A stretch of 64,000 nt of DNA from Rhodospirillales bacterium (GCA_038143065.1 JAYQLI010000035.1:1792894-1856893); one strand, 5' to 3'; shown: positions 1 through 10,256, numbered from the stretch's first letter. Numbers and translations are program-made. Notes: generated by a model not told the origin, from the letters alone.

Positions 1-732
1 CCAGGAGCTGCTCGGAATGCCATTGACTGCGCTCTTTGGGACTTAGAGGCCAAGCAAACCGGTAAGCGGGCATGGGAACTGGCTGGATTGGCTGAGCCAT
101 GGATTAAAGAAACGGCCTTTACCTTGAGCCTTGATAAACCATCCGCAATGGGCCTGGCCGCCAAGGAAGCAAGCGATAGACCTCTCTTAAAAATCAAACT
201 CGCCGGCAAAGATGATATCGAACGCGTAACAGCTATTCGTTCCAACGCGCCTAATGCCCGATTGATCGTAGACGCCAATGAGGGTTGGACGCCGGAAATG
301 GTATTACCATTTTCGTCTAAGTCAGCTGAACTTGGCGTCTCAATGATTGAGCAACCTTTGCCGGCCAATAACGATGCGGTCCTCGCTGAAATACCACATC
401 CAGTTCCACTATGTGCCGATGAAAGCGCACACACCACTGCTGATATAGAACAGCTCAAAGGCCGTTATGATATTGTGAACATCAAATTGGATAAGACGGG
501 CGGTCTAACAGAAGCACTTAAATTCCGCGATGCCATTTTATCTGCAAATATGGGCGTAATGGTTGGGTGTATGCTCGGTACATCTCTTGCAATGGCACCC
601 GCTATGTTGATCGCCCAAAATGCAATGTTCGTTGATTTAGATGGACCTCTGTTATTGGCAGAAGACCGAAAACCTGGTCTCTGCTATACGAATGCTCAAA
701 TCGCGCCACCCTCCACCCAATTATGGGGTTGA
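1..732 (+). CDS. Dipeptide epimerase / N-acetyl-D-Glu racemase (enolase superfamily, DgcA/YcjG-like), 5' end outside window
   Basis: KIK, DANEGW, EQP, DES, KLDKTGG and DLDG motifs; reading frame open from the window start. Confidence 0.85.
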   Translation, partial: PGAARNAIDCALWDLEAKQTGKRAWELAGLAEPWIKETAFTLSLDKPSAMGLAAKEASDRPLLKIKLAGKDDIERVTAIRSNAPNARLIVDANEGWTPEMVLPFSSKSAELGVSMIEQPLPANNDAVLAEIPHPVPLCADESAHTTADIEQLKGRYDIVNIKLDKTGGLTEALKFRDAILSANMGVMVGCMLGTSLAMAPAMLIAQNAMFVDLDGPLLLAEDRKPGLCYTNAQIAPPSTQLWG

Positions 733-764
733 TTAGCGCTTAGTTATCCCGAGGAAATTGATAA

Positions 765-1871
765 ATGGGTTTTAATTGTGGGATCGTCGGCCTGCCAAAC
801 GTAGGTAAGTCGACGCTGTTCAATGCACTAACCGCTACAGCTGCTGCCGAAAGCGCTAACTATCCGTTTTGTACTATAGAACCCAATGTCGGCCGCGTAG
901 CAGTGCCTGATTCTAGGCTCAGTGAGTTATCTAAGATCGCAAAATCCGCAAAGGTCATACCGACTCAGCTTGAATTTGTTGATATCGCAGGCCTTGTCCG
1001 TGGGGCGAGCCGAGGTGAAGGTCTCGGAAACCAATTCCTCGGAAATATTCGGGAAGTTGACGCCATCGCGCACGTTTTACGGTGCTTCGAAGGTGGTGAC
1101 ATCACACACGTGGAAGGCTCAATCGACCCCGTTCGCGACGCAGAGACTGTTGAAACCGAGCTTATGCTGGCTGACTTAGAAAGCCTCGAACGCAGATTTG
1201 ATCAAGCCAGGAAACGAGGACAAACTGGTGATAAGGAAGCTCGTCTCCTAGCAGACGTGATGGCGCCGCTTGTAGAGGCTTTGAAGGAGGGGCGCCCAGC
1301 CCGAACTGTGAGGGAAAAATTTGACTCCCACGGCCATAAAATTGCTAAAGGGCTTCAGCTTCTTACATACAAACCCGTAATGTATGTCTGCAATGTTGAG
1401 GAAGAAGCTTCGGCCACAGGCAACTCATTATCTGACCAAGTTCGAGCTAAGGCGGAAACTGAAGGTGCTGGTCACGTGGTAGTCTCAGCTGCGATTGAGG
1501 CCGAAATTTCTCAACTGGAAACTGACGAAGAGAAGCGTGAATTTCTTGAAACAATCGGCCTAGAAGAACCAGGTTTGAACCGCGTAATTCGCTCTGGATA
1601 CGACCTTTTAGGTCTACTTACTTATTTTACCGCTGGTCCCAAAGAAGCACGAGCATGGACTGTGCGAGCCGGTGCAGCCGCGCCGGAGGCAGCGGGAGAG
1701 ATTCACTCTGATTTTGAGCGTGGTTTTATTGCTGCAGAAACAATTAGTTTCACTGACTATATTACTCTTGGGGGAGAGCAAGCGGCCAAAGATGCCGGAA
1801 AGATGCGTCAAGAGGGGCGCAATTATGTAGTTAAAGACGGCGACGTCATGCTGTTCCGTTTCAACGTATAA
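765..1871 (+). CDS. ychF: Redox-regulated ATPase YchF
   Basis: [31 protein letters not shown]; C-terminal TGS domain ending FRFNV. Confidence 0.98.
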   Translation: MGFNCGIVGLPNVGKSTLFNALTATAAAESANYPFCTIEPNVGRVAVPDSRLSELSKIAKSAKVIPTQLEFVDIAGLVRGASRGEGLGNQFLGNIREVDAIAHVLRCFEGGDITHVEGSIDPVRDAETVETELMLADLESLERRFDQARKRGQTGDKEARLLADVMAPLVEALKEGRPARTVREKFDSHGHKIAKGLQLLTYKPVMYVCNVEEEASATGNSLSDQVRAKAETEGAGHVVVSAAIEAEISQLETDEEKREFLETIGLEEPGLNRVIRSGYDLLGLLTYFTAGPKEARAWTVRAGAAAPEAAGEIHSDFERGFIAAETISFTDYITLGGEQAAKDAGKMRQEGRNYVVKDGDVMLFRFNV

Positions 1872-2075
1872 AAATTGAAACTATTCATCGCCAGGCCTCG
1901 GGGAATGCTAATCAGCTGCAGTAATTTTCGTTTCGAATTACCAAAGGATCCATGGCTCGCTGCGGTGAAGTTAAAACTCTAGAAACAGAGACGGTCACTC
2001 AGCCCAATGTAATTTTGAAGTTCAATTATGCTATGCTCCAGATATGACGCGCCCGAATTTCTGGTAACTATATCC

Positions 2076-3398
2076 TCATACGGTCAAAGCCTGGGCTTTC
2101 TCTAAAAAGCTATTATTAACCGCACTATTGGGCCTGAAGGCTAAACGTTCATTGACCAAGGAAAGAGCAACACTTCGATTTTGTGCGCGAATAGCAGCAA
2201 CGAGGGCAGTCCACTCTATCAAGTCGCGTTGAGCAATACTCCCGCCCATCCAACTTAATTTGGGCATTACTCCTAGAAGGCTTTCACAAGCAGATACGTA
2301 ATCACGCTCAATGAAAGACGCCATTGCCTCCGCAATTGGTATCGCACAATCTTGGTAAGCCATCGCAAGCTCACCTCCATCGGCAGCAGAGCGTTTCATT
2401 CCTTCAAGGATTTTATCGTAGGCTGATCTATTGTCAGCACTGAGCGCAGCAATGGCCCCATGTATTTCATTGAAAGGACTTACCATACCCGTCAACTGCT
2501 TTTGCCAATGCTCGAACTGCGCTTCCCAACGATTGCCTGCATCACAGCCAAGAGTCTGAAGTCGCCAGAGAAGTGATGTGGGATTACATAGTTGTGTGCC
2601 AACTGGCTTCATAAGTGAAAGAATTTCGTTGTCATAGAGCTCAAGAGCTTGATCAAATTCTCCTGTCTCTATGTGAAAAAGAGCCTTATGCCAGTATATG
2701 TGAACTCGATTATTGCATTTTTGGTCCGACCAAAAAGGCAGTCGGTCGTTCATCCAACTAATGCCTTCATCTGGTCGTCCAGTCATCTCTAGAACATGCG
2801 AAACCGCATGGTGTGGCCAGTAGCCATAAGGCTCTATCTCTGCGGCCTCACGAGAAACATCTTCCGCACGACCAAAATTACCAAGCTCTTCAAGTCCAAA
2901 GCCAAAAAATGACAGCATTATCCCATAGCCAGGATCATGCTTAGACCAAAATGGAAGAGCCCTTGACGCCCTTGATGCCTCTCTAGCAAAGCGCCCAAGG
3001 TATCCATCTAGACGAAGTGCACACTGGTGGGCGGCAAGATCAAATGGGTCCTCCAAAAGATGACGATCAAGAACATCAACCGCAGACAGCCATTGCCCCG
3101 CTAACGCCAGCCGCAAGGCTATGAGATTTTGCCCCTCCCTATTGGTAAGCCTTGCCTCATCAATATGTTGAGTGATCTCTGATGCTTTCTTTAAGTTAGA
3201 GCTATCATTCGTAAGTGCCAGAATCCAAGCCTGCAAAATATCGGGCATTTGAGCCATAGGGTCTGCTTCGCGGGCTTGAGATATACCGATATTTGGATCA
3301 CCAAAATTCAGCGTGAAAGCTCTTATTGCGTCCTCAATACAAAACTTTGCTTCTGAATTAGCGTTCCAAAATTTCCGATCGGTCAATCTTACCTCCAA
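2076..3398 (-). CDS. Tetratricopeptide repeat protein, TTC38-like
   Basis: FGLEE..AE, HAVSHVLEM, HIYWHKAL, SLLWRL and GGSIAQRD motifs typical of the TTC38 family; start may be the TTG near 3386. Confidence 0.75.
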   Translation of the reverse strand: MEVRLTDRKFWNANSEAKFCIEDAIRAFTLNFGDPNIGISQAREADPMAQMPDILQAWILALTNDSSNLKKASEITQHIDEARLTNREGQNLIALRLALAGQWLSAVDVLDRHLLEDPFDLAAHQCALRLDGYLGRFAREASRASRALPFWSKHDPGYGIMLSFFGFGLEELGNFGRAEDVSREAAEIEPYGYWPHHAVSHVLEMTGRPDEGISWMNDRLPFWSDQKCNNRVHIYWHKALFHIETGEFDQALELYDNEILSLMKPVGTQLCNPTSLLWRLQTLGCDAGNRWEAQFEHWQKQLTGMVSPFNEIHGAIAALSADNRSAYDKILEGMKRSAADGGELAMAYQDCAIPIAEAMASFIERDYVSACESLLGVMPKLSWMGGSIAQRDLIEWTALVAAIRAQNRSVALSLVNERLAFRPNSAVNNSFLEKAQALTV

Positions 3399-3524
3399 AA
3401 CCTATCTGAGAAACTCTAAAAGGGCAGAGTTTACCCGTCCTATGCACGGCTCAAGCAATGAACTCATTTCTACAGGAGAGATCATCTTAAAAAAAAGATT
3501 ATCGAATTAAATTTTAGGTGTCAT

Positions 3525-4258
3525 TCATGTGTTTAGAATGATGTAAAGCCCTATGAACAGTAAGGCTCCAAAGAAGGCTTTTTTAAAAGTTTGTTCTGAT
3601 AATTTTTGACGAATTTTTTGACCAATAACCATACCTATCACTGCAGGGGGCAAGCCCGTTAGCGAGGATAATCCCAATTCCATAGTCAGAAACCCTTTCT
3701 CAGCTAGAGTAAACGCGAGGGCAACCGTCGCGAGGCTAAAAGTATTCCCATCGCTTGCACTAATGCATCGCGAGGTAGACTAGTAGAATTTAGATACAAA
3801 ACGCCCGGGACAACAAAAGATCCTGTCATGCCGGTGAATATCCCGTTGCAGACTCCAAAACCTGGAGCTGCCCAAAACTGGTTTTTATCTCGAATGGTCA
3901 ACCCCCATCCTAGAATACCTATCAGGGCATAGCTGGCGATAAGGAGCCCGAGAAATTTTGAAAGCCAACTCGTATCTGCTTCTGATAGGAGAATGCCACC
4001 CAACGGAACTGAAATAGTCGCCGTTAAAAAGAAGGGCCAAAGTCGTTTCACTAGGTTTAGACCAAAACCTCCGACTACAGCTTGCCAGACATTGGTAACA
4101 AATGATGGAATCAGCAAGAGTGTCATTGCACTTGTGAGATCCATGGCAATGGTAAGAATTGCAAGACTAACCGTAGGTAGTCCAAGACCAATTATGCCTT
4201 TAACTGTTCCTGCAAGTAGGAACACCAAAATTATTATCGATAGTGTTGAGATATCCAT
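3525..4258 (-). CDS. Sulfite exporter TauE/SafE family membrane protein (1-nt frameshift near 3750)
   Basis: AGTVKGIIGLG, GIFTGMTG..PG; the alternative frame continues ...GQKIRQKLSEQTFKKAFF..LYIILNT to TGA at 3525-3527. Confidence 0.85.
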
Positions 4259-4467
4259 AAGGCTTTGCTTTTTCCTTAGACGAACTTCTAATTTACAAAA
4301 AACACGGTTAACGAAGAATAGTGAAACACTAATCCTGGGAGTTTTTACAAAAAAGTTTTTAGGATCCTGTTCCCAAAGGGCCGAAAGACTTTTTAAATTT
4401 CAGAAGTTATTCTTCTTTGTTGCTTACAGTAGTGATCCAAAAATATACGCCAAACAAAGGCAGATAA

Positions 4468-4827
4468 ATGCTCACATGTCCCACAATTGCATTACTCACA
4501 TTCGGGATGACCTGCTCTGTGCAAGTAGAACGCGTAATTGATGGCGATACATTTAAGGCAGCCTTTGGGGAAAAGAACGTTTCAGTTCGGGTCGTTGGAA
4601 TCAATACACCAGAGAGAGGCGAAAAGGGCTTTGCTGAAGCAACACAAGCCGCCAGAGAGTATTTCCAGGGCGCAACAGTAACACTGCACATAGGGGGTGC
4701 AAAAAGTAAGCATAAGGGAAAATGCCTCGGCCAAGCAATAATCGACAAGTATGGTCGAGTGTTAGCAGCGGTGTCGGACTGGCCAACCGTAATTAGTCCT
4801 TGGGACAAAGGACCATGGTGCCGCTAA
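4468..4827 (+). CDS. Thermonuclease (SNase-like) family protein
   Basis: VIDGDT, RVVGINTPE and DKYGRVLA motifs. Confidence 0.85.
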   Translation: MLTCPTIALLTFGMTCSVQVERVIDGDTFKAAFGEKNVSVRVVGINTPERGEKGFAEATQAAREYFQGATVTLHIGGAKSKHKGKCLGQAIIDKYGRVLAAVSDWPTVISPWDKGPWCR

Positions 4828-4901
4828 CTATTCCTTATCCACCTCTTATGATCCAGCTAACCTCTCGGCAATCAAAACATCGACTAAAAGATTGAAACTA
4901 T

Positions 4902-4977
4902 TTGTAGGCGCAAAGGGACTATAATCAATGACCCGCTGAACAAGGGTTTGCTGCTCTACAGACTGAGGTATGCGGCC
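4902..4977 (-). pseudogene. Degenerate tRNA-Lys(CTT) pseudogene
   Basis: Minus strand GGCCGCATACCTCAGTCTGTAGAGCAGCAAACCCTTGTTCAGCGGGTCATTGATTATAGTCCCTTTGCGCCTACAA is 76 nt and aligns without gaps to the recalled alphaproteobacterial tRNA-Lys(CTT) pattern; CTT at positions 34-36; anticodon stem, T-arm and CCA are damaged. Confidence 0.75.
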
Positions 4978-4992
4978 TCGTTTGGGAGCCAG

Positions 4993-5020
4993 AAGGTAGA
5001 TTGGGAAAATAAGCCTTCAA
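4993..5020 (-). promoter_or_regulatory. Possible sigma70 promoter of the pseudo-tRNA
   Basis: TTGAAG-N16-TACCTT on the minus strand, 15 nt before tRNA position 1. Confidence 0.3.
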
Positions 5021-5099
5021 TATTATTCAAGGGGTTGCATAAGGCGCTTAAGAGAGAGACCTTTAGTTTTACTTAAAATTGGTTTTGTCAGGAATCTTC

Positions 5100-5774
5100 A
5101 TGTCCCGCATCGTCGATCTTTCCGTCACAATTCAGGCTGGTCACTTTCGGTGGCCAACACAGCAAACTTTAGACAAAAGTTTTGAAGAAGGCGCATTTGT
5201 TCAAGCAACACGCATTAATGTCTCGTGTCATGCTTTCACGCATATGGATGCTCCACGCCACTTTGACCCAAAAGGTTATTCAACCGACAGCCTTCGTCTA
5301 GAACAGACTATCGGACCCGCAGCTGTAGTAGATGTATCATCTGTTGGGCCAAACGCGCCTATTCAAGAGAAACACGTCGCTGAAGCCGGAGGTCACATTC
5401 AAGAAGGCGACATTGTTCTGTTGCGCACTGGTTGGGACAAGCATGAAAGCATTGAAAAACCAGAGTTCTGGACTAGAGCTCCTTGGGTTGAGGAAGACGC
5501 TGCAGAGTGGCTTTTTAGTCGTGGCATCAAAGCAATTGGATACGACTTTCCTCAGGATTATTGTATTCGAAACCTTGTACTAGGCGATCGAAAGCCAGCG
5601 CCTGAAGAGAACATTACTCATGAGATTCTTCTAAAGAGAGGCGTTATTATGATGGAATATCTATGCAACATGACATCTATCAAAGGAATGCGTTGCGACG
5701 TCTTTGGCCTGCCCATTAAAGTCCCTAATTCGGATGGTGCACCAGCGCGCATCATCGCAATCGAAGAGGACTAA
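5100..5774 (+). CDS. Cyclase family metal-dependent hydrolase (kynurenine formamidase-like)
   Basis: HAFTHMDAPRH (variant of HxGTHxDxPxH), LLRTGW, DGAPAR. Confidence 0.88.
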   Translation: MSRIVDLSVTIQAGHFRWPTQQTLDKSFEEGAFVQATRINVSCHAFTHMDAPRHFDPKGYSTDSLRLEQTIGPAAVVDVSSVGPNAPIQEKHVAEAGGHIQEGDIVLLRTGWDKHESIEKPEFWTRAPWVEEDAAEWLFSRGIKAIGYDFPQDYCIRNLVLGDRKPAPEENITHEILLKRGVIMMEYLCNMTSIKGMRCDVFGLPIKVPNSDGAPARIIAIEED

Positions 5775-5779
5775 AATCA

Positions 5780-6541
5780 ATGCAATTGGCTAATTATAAT
5801 ATTGAAATCCTCGTGACGGGGTTTCCAGGCAAGTCTGTTTGCCATGGTTCACTCGGCTGGAGTACGATTGCATTAATTCGTCATAAAGATCGCTTAGCTC
5901 TAATTGACGTCGGAGCGTTTGGACATCGGAAGCTCCTTTTATCGGCATTGGAAGAGCGCAATCTATCTCCCTCTGACATAACAGATGTTTTGTTAACACA
6001 TTCCCATTACGATCACGCACTGAATTGGGTTTTATTTCCTAAAGCGAGAACAGTAATTGCAGATATTGAGATGAATTGGGCTCTAGAACAGCCATGGGGA
6101 GAAACACCAGTCCCCGAACTTTATGTCAGAGAACTTAACCTTCTACCAAGCCTAGTTCGCGCAAAGGACGGAGAAGAGGTATTTCCAGGAATAACTATGC
6201 ATTTAGCACCCGGTCACACTCCAGGCTGTGTAGCATTTAAGCTAGCTGGGGCAGAGCACGATATCATTTTTACAGGGGATGCAGCTAAAAACCGAGCTGA
6301 ACTGGTTAGTCGCGATACAGATATGACCTATGATCCCATGGTGAGCGCTAATTCTATCGAGATGATTTGGAACCTTTGGACCGCTCGTGGCGGTAATATT
6401 GTGGTCCCAGGCCACGATGTTCCAATGGATCTAGACCCGGACAGGAATCCACGGTACCTCGCCAAGCGTGAAGCTGCAATTTCTGCATGGTACGGAGAGA
6501 CTATAGACGAGACTACCATCATCAATCTCGTTATTGATTAA
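5780..6541 (+). CDS. MBL-fold metallo-hydrolase
   Basis: THSHYDH, GHTPG, FTGD and PGHD motifs. Confidence 0.9.
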   Translation: MQLANYNIEILVTGFPGKSVCHGSLGWSTIALIRHKDRLALIDVGAFGHRKLLLSALEERNLSPSDITDVLLTHSHYDHALNWVLFPKARTVIADIEMNWALEQPWGETPVPELYVRELNLLPSLVRAKDGEEVFPGITMHLAPGHTPGCVAFKLAGAEHDIIFTGDAAKNRAELVSRDTDMTYDPMVSANSIEMIWNLWTARGGNIVVPGHDVPMDLDPDRNPRYLAKREAAISAWYGETIDETTIINLVID

Positions 6542-6596
6542 ACTTTTCTCCATCGCCTCCAAAACCATCTAATAACTATTTTATCATCACTCGCAT

Positions 6597-6626
6597 CTTG
6601 TGTGACTAAAAAGTCACACCATATCT
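6597..6626 (+). promoter_or_regulatory. RpoH (sigma32)-type promoter of clpB with internal inverted repeat
   Basis: CTTG-N18-CCATATCT upstream of clpB; spacer contains GTGTGACT-AAAA-AGTCACAC. Confidence 0.6.
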
Positions 6627-6713
6627 CCTGGAGCAGGGATCGCATTGCCCAAAAGGGCATGGGGTTGCCACCAAGTGGGACTCCAAAACAGACGATTGCC
6701 ATAGGAGAGATAA

Positions 6714-9306
6714 ATGAATTTAGAGGTATATACAGACCGCTTGCGCGGCTTTCTTCAAAGCGCACAAAATTTAGCAGTCCGATTAAATCACTCCCAACTC
6801 ATGCCTGAGCATTTGCTTAAGGCATTTCTGGAGGATGACCAAAACTTCTCTACCGACCTTGTTAAAAAAGCAGGTGGCGACTGCGAACGCGCAGCCGTTT
6901 TACTTGATGAAGCGCTTAGTAAACATCCACAAATTGGTAAAGCTGAGCAAAGCAATCTCCGTCTTTCAAAAGAATTTTTAGAACTCGCTGAAACTGCTAC
7001 GCAGGTTGCAGAAAAATGGGGCGACAGCTTCATTTCTGTAGAATGTATGCTGCAGGCGTTTGCTGGACTCCAGAAAACCGTAACAGGTCGAATTTTGAAA
7101 GAGGTAGGGTTAGACCCTGAGAAGCTCCACAGGGCCATCTCAGGAATGCGTCAAGGTCGTACAGCTGAAAATGCTTCTGCTGAAGAGCACTACGGCGCTC
7201 TTAAAAAATATTCACGCGATCTTACAGAGATCGCGCGCGCTGGCAGAATTGACCCCGTCATCGGTCGCGATGAGGAAATCCGTCGTACAATTCAAATATT
7301 ATCACGTCGCACCAAGAATAACCCAATCTTAATTGGAGAGCCTGGCGTCGGTAAAACCGCAATCGCTGAGGGTCTTGCAATTCGCATTGTAAACGGGGAC
7401 GTACCCGAAAACCTCAAAAACAAACGTCTGTTAGCCCTGGATCTAGCAGCACTTATCGCAGGCGCCAAATTTCGTGGTGAATTTGAAGAACGTTTGAAAG
7501 CTGTGGTCCAGGAAATACAAAGTGCCAATGGTGAGTTCATTCTCTTTATCGATGAGATGCACACACTGGTTGGAGCAGGTAAAGCCGATGGTGCAATGGA
7601 CGCGTCAAACATGCTGAAGCCAGCGTTAGCAAGAGGTGAACTCCGCTGCATTGGTGCAACCACACTCGATGAATACAAGAAGAATATTGAAAAAGACGCT
7701 GCACTGGCTCGACGTTTTCAAACAGTCTTCGTAGCTGAACCATCAGTTGCTGACACTGTATCAATACTACGAGGGTTAAAGGAGAAATACGAAGTTACAT
7801 CATGGAGTTCGTATCGCTGATACGGCAATTGTTGCCGCCGCATCTCTATCAAACCGTTATATCACTGACCGATTCTTACCAGACAAGGCTATTGATTTAA
7901 TTGATGAGGCTGCAAGCCGATTAAGGATGCAAATTGATTCTAAACCAGAAAGTTTAGATGAACTGGATCGACGAATAATCCAATTAAAAATTGAGCAAGG
8001 AGCTTTAAAGAGAGAAACTGATCCAGCCTCTGCAGCTAGACTAATTAAGATTGAAACTGAACTTGCAGAACTCGAACGTCAATCATTAAATCAGTCGACA
8101 ATTTGGCAGGCAGAGAAGGATAGGCTTGCATCAACTAACAAACTTAAAGAAGAGTTAGATAATGCTCGCTCTGAACTCGAAAGCGCTCAGCGTCAAGGCA
8201 ACCTCGCTCGTGCTGGTGAAATTGCCTATGGAATCATTCCAGAACTCGAACAAAAACTTATAACTGCTGAGGAGGCTAACGAAACTAGTATACTCGCAGA
8301 ATTAGTGGAGGATGATCATATCGCTGGAGTGGTATCTCGGTGGACAGGCGTTCCAGTTGAGAAGATGCTAGACGGTGAACGCACAAAACTCCTCGAAATG
8401 GAAGCATGTCTTTCCTCCCGCATCATAGGCCAAGAAGCTGCTATCAAAGCAGTTTCAGAAGCGGTCCGGCGAGCGCGCGCTGGCATTCAAGATCCGAACC
8501 GCCCAATTGGTTCATTCCTCTTTTTAGGACCAACCGGCGTCGGCAAAACAGAACTAGCTAAGTCTTTAGCGGAATTTCTGTTTGACAACGAACAGGCAAT
8601 GCAACGTATCGACATGTCCGAGTATATGGAGAAACATTCAGTAGCTCGCCTTATCGGCTCCCCGCCCGGCTATGTTGGTCATGAAGATGGCGGATCGCTG
8701 ACTGAAGCCGTCCGCAGGCGCCCATATCAAGTAATACTGTTTGATGAGGTTGAAAAAGCACATCCAGACGTTTTGAACGTACTTCTTCAGGTATTGGACG
8801 ATGGACGGCTTACTGATGGGCAGGGCCGCACGGTCGACTTTCGAAATGCTCTGATTATCTTGACATCCAATCTTGGCTCGGAGCACCTAACACATCTGAC
8901 GGAAGACTGTGATTTAAAAGCTGTATCTGAACTTGTTATGGAAACAGTTCGTCAGTCATTCCGTCCAGAGTTCTTAAATCGACTTGACGACATACTAATA
9001 TTCCGTCCACTGGCGCGCTCAGATATGGGCACAATCGTGAAACTCCAGCTCCAAAGACTGGAAACTCTACTTAAGGATCGAAATATCCTATTGGATGCAG
9101 ACAACAGAGCGATCGATTGGTTGGCGGAGAAAGGCTTCGACCCTTCTTACGGCGCCAGACCTCTTAAACGTGCCATTCAAAGGGAACTTCAAAATCCGTT
9201 AGCCTCGATGATACTGTCCGGAGATATAATGAATGGCCAGACCGTACTTGTCTCTGCTGGCCATGATGGAATAGTGATCGGAAATATCGCAGCAAATGCT
9301 GCGTAA
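6714..9306 (+). CDS. clpB: Chaperone ClpB (frameshift near 7795)
   Basis: Clp N-domain, GEPGVGKT, middle coiled-coil, GPTGVGKT and YGARPLKR; removing one T in GAAGTTACATCAT restores [10 protein letters not shown]. Confidence 0.97.
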
Positions 9307-9363
9307 GTGTTTTGACCCTGCTATAAATTTTTCTGCTGGTTAGGAAAAAAGAGAACTTCCCGC

Positions 9364-10158
9364 ATGGTTGAAATATCCGCTGAAACTATCGCCACATATC
9401 AAAGTGATGGAGCTATTTTACTGAAGGGCATCTTTAACGATTTTGTCGAAGATGCCCGTCAGGCAATCGAGGAAAACAAGGCTAATCCCTCTTGGCGGGA
9501 GCGGACTTATCATCCCGATGATGGAAGCACGCCATTTTTCCAGGACTATTGTGTTTGGGATAATTTTGATGGGTACAGGAAATTAGTGATGACGTCGCCA
9601 ATGGCCAAAATTGCGGCGACGCTCATGGAGTCAAAAACCGCCCGTTTTTTTCATGATCACGTTTTGGTTAAGGAACCCGGGAACTCAAATGTAACTCCCT
9701 GGCATCAAGACCAACCTTATTATCTCGTCGAAGGAATGCAGTCTGCATCTTTCTGGGTCCCTCTCGACCCAGTGCCCAAGAATAGATCTATCGAGTTTGT
9801 ATCTGGCTCTCATAATTGGAATAAATCATTTCGCCCTACACGATTTGATGGGACACCTCTTTTTGAAAATGATTCGTCAGATGCAGTTCCAAATATCGAT
9901 AAAGAAAGAAGAAATCTTAAAATCCTGAGTTGGGCAACTGAACCTGGCGATGCAGTTGTTTTCTCTTTCCGGACCCTGCACGCTGCTGCTGCTAACGCCT
10001 CATCAATTCGACGCAGGGTTATTTCGATGCGCTGGGTAGGAGATGACGCACGTTTTGCAGCTCGTCCAGGCAAAACATCTCCTTACTTTCCTGACTTGTC
10101 GTACACGCCAGGATCTCCATTTCAAGGGCCAATGTTTCCATTAGTCTTTGAAGAATAG
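9364..10158 (+). CDS. Phytanoyl-CoA dioxygenase (PhyH) family Fe(II)/2-oxoglutarate dioxygenase
   Basis: KEPG..TPWHQD, GSH, PGDAVVF..RTLH, RRVISMRW. Confidence 0.88.
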   Translation: MVEISAETIATYQSDGAILLKGIFNDFVEDARQAIEENKANPSWRERTYHPDDGSTPFFQDYCVWDNFDGYRKLVMTSPMAKIAATLMESKTARFFHDHVLVKEPGNSNVTPWHQDQPYYLVEGMQSASFWVPLDPVPKNRSIEFVSGSHNWNKSFRPTRFDGTPLFENDSSDAVPNIDKERRNLKILSWATEPGDAVVFSFRTLHAAAANASSIRRRVISMRWVGDDARFAARPGKTSPYFPDLSYTPGSPFQGPMFPLVFEE

Positions 10159-10256
10159 TGATATATTTTACTCATACTGAGTGATTCTGGGCGCTTGCAT
10201 AAATGCCTCTCACTCGGCTATCCATAGAGCTTGAAACGAAGATCAGGAAAAAACCA

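Noticed and set aside
3993-4541. 182-aa plus-strand ORF, and the many other antisense or shadow ORFs in the track (e.g. 26356-26928, 21865-22275, 46723-47103)
   Set aside because: They lie opposite well-supported genes and show no recognisable motifs.
4975-5000. GTTTGGGAGCCAGAAGGT resembling a tRNA-Pro(TGG) anticodon arm on the plus strand
   Set aside because: No D-arm or T-arm surrounds it; it is better explained as the leader of the minus-strand pseudo-tRNA.
6714-9306. Split clpB (and likewise sdhA, mltA and others) as pseudogenes or programmed frameshifts
   Set aside because: Both halves are fully conserved, there is no consistent slippery signal, and the indels match the window-wide error pattern.
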